DNA from: an uncultured virus (IMG/VR IMGVR_UViG_3300017714_004846)
Taxonomy: Duplodnaviria > Heunggongvirae > Uroviricota > Caudoviricetes
DNA: 20,000 nucleotides
Direction: 5' to 3' (one strand)
Virus record (IMG/VR): IMGVR_UViG_3300017714_004846
Both the position numbers and the translations under genes were made by a program. The notes below the pieces were generated by a model that saw only the letters and a list, made by a program, of their open reading frames with translations, was not told where the DNA came from and did not search any database. This document shows positions 15,915 through 20,000 of the stretch, piece by piece. The stretch's first letter is position 1; every line of letters begins with the position of its first letter.

Positions 15915-16877
15915 TTAAAGTTCGGTGGTGGTAAATACGGGTGTATCTCCCCAATGTTCAGGTGTCAATAACCAATGCCAATGTTTCCTATTATTTTCCC
16001 AAGAATCAGCATACCGAGTTAAAAATCCTTCTCGGTCAGCAATGGCCTCTGGGTTGGCATGATAACTTTGATGCTGTGCATCTTTAGCAAAAATAATTTT
16101 TTGAATTAAATTATAATCTGTTTCTAAATCGTTTTCGTTAGCGGAGGTTTGAATGCCTCCTGCAGTGGTTTGCTCATCGTGGCACAGATAATATCCCATC
16201 AAATCTGGCTCATAACTCAAACGATACAAATCTTCATCAGCATCAGTAAGAGGGTTTCCTACCATACGCATCCAACAGTCGGTATCTTCTCCAAAAAACA
16301 AATGTGGTTCAAAACCTCCGATTTCTTCAAAACGATTACGGCGAACTACGCAAGCAGAGGTCATAATCGGGCGAATAGCAGCAAAAAAGTGGTCATGCCC
16401 CAATTCCCAATTTTCGTTAAAGCGTTTCCAGTGGTCTTCTTCTAAATATCCTGCCAGTCTGGAAGTGCTGTAAGATTCTCCTGAAAGCCCAACTAAGGTT
16501 TTATCGCAGTTCATAACTCCCCACCATAAAACTTCTTCTTCACTACGGGCGGGTAAATCTTGGGATAACCAATCAATTCTTTCACTATACCAGTGGTCAT
16601 CACTATCCAAGAAAGCAATAAATGGTGCTTTTCCTTCGGCTATGGCTTGATTACGAGCCTGTGAAACACCTTTTCCAGTTTGACGAAGATAGTGAAAATT
16701 GTCTAATTGAAAATCCTGATAAACCTCTTGAATTAGAGGGTATCTTTCATGTTTTTCTGGTGTGCCATCCACAATCCATACTTGGAAATTTTGATTTTGT
16801 TGTTTTTGTAGGGACTCTAAGGCTTTACGGATATACTCTGGTTTGGTCTTGAAAACAGGAACAATAACATCAAACAT
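15915..16877 (-). CDS. Glycosyltransferase family 2 (GT-A fold), 320 aa
   Basis: VIVPVFK, VWIVDG, GKGVSQARNQAI, FIAFLDSDD (DxD), IGGF and GEDTD motifs; SD GGTGA at 16882-16886. Confidence 0.92.
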   Translation of the reverse strand: MFDVIVPVFKTKPEYIRKALESLQKQQNQNFQVWIVDGTPEKHERYPLIQEVYQDFQLDNFHYLRQTGKGVSQARNQAIAEGKAPFIAFLDSDDHWYSERIDWLSQDLPARSEEEVLWWGVMNCDKTLVGLSGESYSTSRLAGYLEEDHWKRFNENWELGHDHFFAAIRPIMTSACVVRRNRFEEIGGFEPHLFFGEDTDCWMRMVGNPLTDADEDLYRLSYEPDLMGYYLCHDEQTTAGGIQTSANENDLETDYNLIQKIIFAKDAQHQSYHANPEAIADREGFLTRYADSWENNRKHWHWLLTPEHWGDTPVFTTTEL

Positions 16878-16909
16878 ACTATCACCTTATCTTGGTTGTA
16901 TTTGAATCT

Positions 16910-17467
16910 TCACCCAAAAAGGCTACCCAAGCCTTCAAAGCCTTCTTCCCAATCTTCTACATGGGATTTAAGGGTGCGATAAGGCATAGAATCTGGTTGT
17001 GGGGTGAAGGGAACATTAAAAACACTAATACCGCAGTTGATAGCACACCAAACTGCGTCAGCAAAGCCCCAAACCACAGTCCAATCTATCAGATTAGTGG
17101 GTTTTTCCCTAACAAAGTAGGGTTTTTTATAGACATTTTCTACGGAATCCTTGAATAGTTCCCACAAGTCCATCTTTTCTTGGATAGGCCCCATATCAGG
17201 AGGTAGTCCTGATTCAGACAAGTAATTTTGAATACTTAATCCCATAGCACAAACAAAATTGTTAGCGGGTTGATTAGCAAAACCTATTTCATTGTGATAC
17301 CACAGAAAAAGCATAGACTCAAAATCTTCTTGAGTCGGCGGGGAATTGGAATCAAACTGACGCTTAAGTTGTCGCAAAAACAGTTGAAAAGATAGCGTGA
17401 CATCCCACTTGTCGCCCTTAAATGAGGCTGGTTGCTTCAACCAGTTCAAAGGTGCAGGGATAGCCAT
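16910..17467 (-). CDS. Hypothetical helical protein, 185 aa
   Basis: ORF with TATA box TTTAAGTAG 23 nt upstream; no recognisable motif. Confidence 0.75.
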   Translation of the reverse strand: MAIPAPLNWLKQPASFKGDKWDVTLSFQLFLRQLKRQFDSNSPPTQEDFESMLFLWYHNEIGFANQPANNFVCAMGLSIQNYLSESGLPPDMGPIQEKMDLWELFKDSVENVYKKPYFVREKPTNLIDWTVVWGFADAVWCAINCGISVFNVPFTPQPDSMPYRTLKSHVEDWEEGFEGLGSLFG

Positions 17468-17489
17468 GTGTTAAACACTAAAGGCTTAC

Positions 17490-17684
17490 CTACTTAAAGT
17501 ATCGGTCTAAATTAGTGGCAATTAGATTGCTGCCAACATTGATGAATACTACTCCGCCTAAAACACCCAAGCCATAGGCTAAAACAGGGGCTTTATTGCG
17601 ATTAACTAATAACAAATTCAAATGAAATGCTGATACAACCAGTCCACCTGCGATTAACAAGATTCCTAATTTTGCAGAATTCAT
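17490..17684 (-). CDS. Small two-TM membrane protein, 64 aa (putative virion membrane protein)
   Basis: Two hydrophobic Gly-rich helices; third gene of a tightly coupled trio downstream of the capsid-like pair. Confidence 0.75.
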   Translation of the reverse strand: MNSAKLGILLIAGGLVVSAFHLNLLLVNRNKAPVLAYGLGVLGGVVFINVGSNLIATNLDRYFK

Positions 17685-17686
17685 GA

Positions 17687-17980
17687 CTATGCCTCTAATG
17701 CTTCTCCGATTTCTCGTAGAGCATCATCTAAGTCGGCACATTCTTCCAAATCAAAGCGAGCCTTGATGTGTTCTACAGTTAATCCCACAATAATGCTGGA
17801 TGAAAGTGCTAACATAATCAATTTAGTTCCTTCTGCAAGCGAAGGGATAGCCATAGAACTAACAAAACCATTAAATGTGCCGTCAGATTTACCAAATGTG
17901 GTCATGACATAGCCTTGAACAATGTCCGAGGTTGCCAAAATTCCTGCCAGAACCAAAGCGTTGCGTAATCTGGTGTTCAT
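17687..17980 (-). CDS. Small membrane protein, ~97 aa (putative virion membrane protein)
   Basis: ATG 17980 after SD GGTGAGTGA (17983-17991). Hydrophobic segments ALVLAGILATSDIV and LIMLALSSSIIVGLTV. Confidence 0.7.
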   Translation of the reverse strand: MNTRLRNALVLAGILATSDIVQGYVMTTFGKSDGTFNGFVSSMAIPSLAEGTKLIMLALSSSIIVGLTVEHIKARFDLEECADLDDALREIGEALEA

Positions 17981-17982
17981 CG

Positions 17983-18180
17983 TCACTCACCATCCTTTAG
18001 TGAATAGATGGCTACTCCAATTCCAGAAACAACGCCAAGTGCGGAAGTTAAAAGGACGGGTAATACTGTGTTTTTCACAGCATCGCCTTTCAAAAACAAC
18101 ACTGAACCAGCATTCCAGCCTACAATCAATCCCAATAACGAACCCAGTTGGATTCTTCGGGCATCAAGTTGCAGACTCAT
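17983..18180 (-). CDS. Small two-TM membrane protein, ~65 aa (putative virion membrane protein)
   Basis: ATG 18180 after SD GGTGA (18185-18189). Segments LGSLLGLIVGWNAGSVLFL and VLPVLLTSALGVVSGIGVAIY. Confidence 0.75.
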   Translation of the reverse strand: MSLQLDARRIQLGSLLGLIVGWNAGSVLFLKGDAVKNTVLPVLLTSALGVVSGIGVAIYSLKDGE

Positions 18181-18197
18181 GGAATCACCTAACATTT

Positions 18198-18249
18198 AGC
18201 CTCACGGCTCTTAGTTTCATTGACACAGCCATGCTGCGCCTCTACTAAG
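18198..18249 (-). ncRNA. Putative structured cis-RNA element: kink-turn hairpin followed by a GNRA-tetraloop hairpin
   Basis: Minus strand reads CUUAGU-AGA-GGCGCAGC-AUG-GCUGUGUC-AAU-GAA-ACUAAG then AGCC-GUGA-GGCU. The G-U pairs, k-turn geometry and GNRA loop all work only on the minus (sense) strand. Confidence 0.6.
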
Positions 18250-18283
18250 GCAGTTTTAGCCAGTTATGCTCTGTTTAGCGGGC

Positions 18284-18943
18284 TCACATTCCTTGAGCGG
18301 AAAGTAGGCTTCGCTTATACCAGTCTACATTGCCGGGGTTGATGCTGATTCCCATCTCCAACAGTTTGTTAGCGATAAGAGCGTCAGGTCCGTCATAAAG
18401 GGTATACTTAGTGAAAGCATATTGGTCTCCACCGTTAGCGGATGCTCCCCAAGAACCAGCGTTGTAAGCGGTATACAAGACATCCCAAACTTGGCCGGGT
18501 AGAACATATACATCAGGGTAAAGGTTGAAGGATGGTTGGAAATCCAGAGAGCGAGGGTAAGGGCTCGCAGTTCCGGGGATACCATCGTTTGCAACATTGT
18601 CTGGGTCAAGGAAGTAATCAGTTGTGTTGATTCTCACTTGGACATATGCTCTTGGACCAAGGACTCCCTTTGCAGGTGTGAAACCAGCAAGTTGTCCACG
18701 GTATGCACCAGCACCTGTAAGGGTTACAGATGTTGATGACGCAGTTGCGAATTGTGAAGGTGTGCAAGAAATATCTTCAATAACAACGAATTCTGTTGCT
18801 GTGGTTTCTGCGGGCTTGGTAATGTTGTTACCAAATCCACCGATAAAGATAGATGTGCTGTTTCCTGCGTTAGTGCTTGTCCAGTTAGCAGTGCTGCTTC
18901 CTGCAAGGCCGTTCCATTCATATACTTGACTTCTCATACTCAT
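18284..18943 (-). CDS. Capsid-like protein family A, paralog 2 (putative major capsid protein), ~219 aa
   Basis: MSMRSQVYEW start after SD-like GGAGATGA. Near-identical blocks with 18988..19644 (GNNITKPAETTAT, RINTTDYF, LYPDVYVLPGQV, KYTLYDGPDALIANKLLE, NVDWYKRSL). Beta-rich core plus C-terminal helices. Confidence 0.7.
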   Translation of the reverse strand: MSMRSQVYEWNGLAGSSTANWTSTNAGNSTSIFIGGFGNNITKPAETTATEFVVIEDISCTPSQFATASSTSVTLTGAGAYRGQLAGFTPAKGVLGPRAYVQVRINTTDYFLDPDNVANDGIPGTASPYPRSLDFQPSFNLYPDVYVLPGQVWDVLYTAYNAGSWGASANGGDQYAFTKYTLYDGPDALIANKLLEMGISINPGNVDWYKRSLLSAQGM

Positions 18944-18987
18944 AATAATCATCTCCATAGTTAGTTTTCCTCAAGGGAAGACCGACT

Positions 18988-19644
18988 TCAGGCTCCTCCG
19001 TTAGCAGGGGCCATTGAAGCACGGGTCTGTTGCTCAATGAGGGAACGCTTATACCAATCTACATTGTTTGGGTTGATGGTGACACCAAGTTCCAAAAGTT
19101 TGTTTGCAATGAGAGCATCTGGTCCGTCATACAGAGTGTATTTAACGAATGCAGCGACAACTTGTGTGGTTGTTGTGGTCATTGCTGTGTTGGTGCTGTA
19201 AAGAATTTGGAAAACTTGACCGGGTAGGACATATACATCAGGGTATAGGTCAAAGGACTTCAAAAGGTTGTCCACGCTGTAGGTCAATGCGGCACCAGCA
19301 GATAGCAAATCAGAAGGTGAACCACGAGGGTAAGGGGAAGCCTTACCGGGGATTCCACGCTGACGGGTAACATCAGGGTTCTGGAAGTAGTCAGTTGTGT
19401 TGATACGGATTTGCACTGCACCGCCCAACCATGGGCTGCAAGCAATATCTTCAATCACAATAAACTGTGTTGCGGTTGTTTCGGCTGGCTTAGTGATGTT
19501 GTTTCCGTATCCACCAATGAAAATATCAATTTCTCGGTTTGATGGAACTGCCACAGGGACATCGTTTGTGCTTCTTCGTAGAGCGGATGTTGCTGGCGAA
19601 GGTGCCAGATTAGCCCACTCATATACTTGGCTTCTCATACTCAT
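18988..19644 (-). CDS. Capsid-like protein family A, paralog 1 (putative major capsid protein), ~218 aa
   Basis: MSMRSQVYEW start. Consensus TATA TTTAAATAG at 19699-19707 with an A-rich BRE-like flank. Frequent C-ending codons (AAC, ATC, TTC, TAC) suggest high expression. Confidence 0.7.
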   Translation of the reverse strand: MSMRSQVYEWANLAPSPATSALRRSTNDVPVAVPSNREIDIFIGGYGNNITKPAETTATQFIVIEDIACSPWLGGAVQIRINTTDYFQNPDVTRQRGIPGKASPYPRGSPSDLLSAGAALTYSVDNLLKSFDLYPDVYVLPGQVFQILYSTNTAMTTTTTQVVAAFVKYTLYDGPDALIANKLLELGVTINPNNVDWYKRSLIEQQTRASMAPANGGA

Positions 19645-19698
19645 TTTAATCATTTCCTGACCTATTCATTGAGGTCTAATATCTATTGGTATTTTTGA

Positions 19699-19707
19699 CT
19701 ATTTAAA
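19699..19707 (-). promoter_or_regulatory. Archaeal TATA box/BRE for the putative major-capsid operon
   Basis: AAAAC-TTTAAATAG upstream of 18988..19644, giving a leadered transcript with an SD-like site. Confidence 0.7.
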
Positions 19708-19710
19708 GTT

Positions 19711-19998
19711 TTACCCATTTTTCGGGTTTCGGGAAGAAATGAACCTGAATGGGGAATAGTTTGTCCAGTTAATTATAGGGTCAGAGAGAGTGAAAATTTC
19801 ATAAGGTCCTGTTATCATCTGTAAGAACATTTGATTTTGCATCTGGGTTCGGGTCATAACCATGGCCTCGGTTCCTTCAATAACCACAAATATTTCTCCA
19901 TCTGACCAAATCCACAAACCTGTTTTTCGGTTAGGACAAATTGAAACTGATTTACGACCCCGAATTTTTTGTAAATAAGAGTAAGAGTTGTGGGCTGT
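19711..19998 (-). CDS. 3' part of a hypothetical protein, truncated by the window edge
   Basis: The frame of track ORF 19711..19917 stays open to the window end (…TAHNSYSYLQKIRGRKSVSICPNRKTGLWIWSDGEIF…). Confidence 0.65.
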   Translation of the reverse strand, partial: TAHNSYSYLQKIRGRKSVSICPNRKTGLWIWSDGEIFVVIEGTEAMVMTRTQMQNQMFLQMITGPYEIFTLSDPIINWTNYSPFRFISSRNPKNG

Positions 19999-20000
19999 GA

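Noticed and set aside
18198..18283. Hammerhead ribozyme, SECIS or tRNA in the structured spacer
   Set aside because: No CUGANGA core on either strand and no cloverleaf or T-loop. There is no sign of a UGA-readthrough selenoprotein, and the k-turn reading fits better.
569..18921. Short alternative-frame minus-strand ORFs (569..751, 4859..5080, 9515..9823, 15271..15456, 18325..18609, 18724..18921)
   Set aside because: Nested within better-supported genes, with no translation signals or protein-like features.
18959..18987. Hairpin (TTCC…GGAA) between the two capsid-like genes
   Set aside because: Only 4-5 bp of stem, which could arise by chance.
373..19660. Plus-strand ORFs in the six-frame track
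   Set aside because: All overlap longer minus-strand genes in antisense and lack SD/TATA support or recognisable motifs; they are shadows.
19659..19676. GACCT/AGGTC inverted repeat in the capsid-operon leader
   Set aside because: A 5-bp stem is too weak to claim without conservation data.
1..20000. Assignment to a tailed (HK97) virus or to a named host or virus family
   Set aside because: No portal, terminase, HK97 capsid or tail genes are recognisable here, and host or family cannot be established without database searches.

Overview
All 30 credible genes in this AT-rich (~40% GC by eye), densely packed window lie on the minus strand; the plus-strand ORFs are antisense shadows. The signals are archaeal. 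A TATA-like box (consensus about YTYAAATAG) sits 21-23 nt before 11 start codons, suggesting leaderless mRNAs, and GGTGA/GGAGG Shine-Dalgarno (SD) sites precede internal genes. Only three proteins are recognisable enzymes: an ATP-dependent DNA ligase, a family-2 glycosyltransferase, and a classical AAA+ ATPase ending in a proteasome-docking HbYX-like tail (YYG). The rest reads as the structural module of an uncharacterised archaeal virus, inferred to be tailless and membrane-containing (host possibly a marine euryarchaeote/Thermoplasmatota; unproven). It comprises four paralogous ~220-260 aa beta-rich capsid-like proteins in two tandem pairs, a third paralogous pair of ~170 aa, a penton-like protein, a Gly/Thr-rich fibre/spike and many small membrane proteins. 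The most unusual observations are: (i) six consecutive modular, mostly membrane-anchored proteins (9471-14466) whose modules are separated by a recurring phi-x-A-E motif, suggesting protease-processed virion polyproteins that carry DNA-binding modules (WGR-like, a duplicated RNxKGQF repeat, Cren7-like); (ii) a kink-turn plus GNRA-hairpin RNA element right after the putative major capsid genes; (iii) the HbYX-tailed AAA+ ATPase. No database searches were possible, so fold and function calls beyond the three enzymes are inferences.
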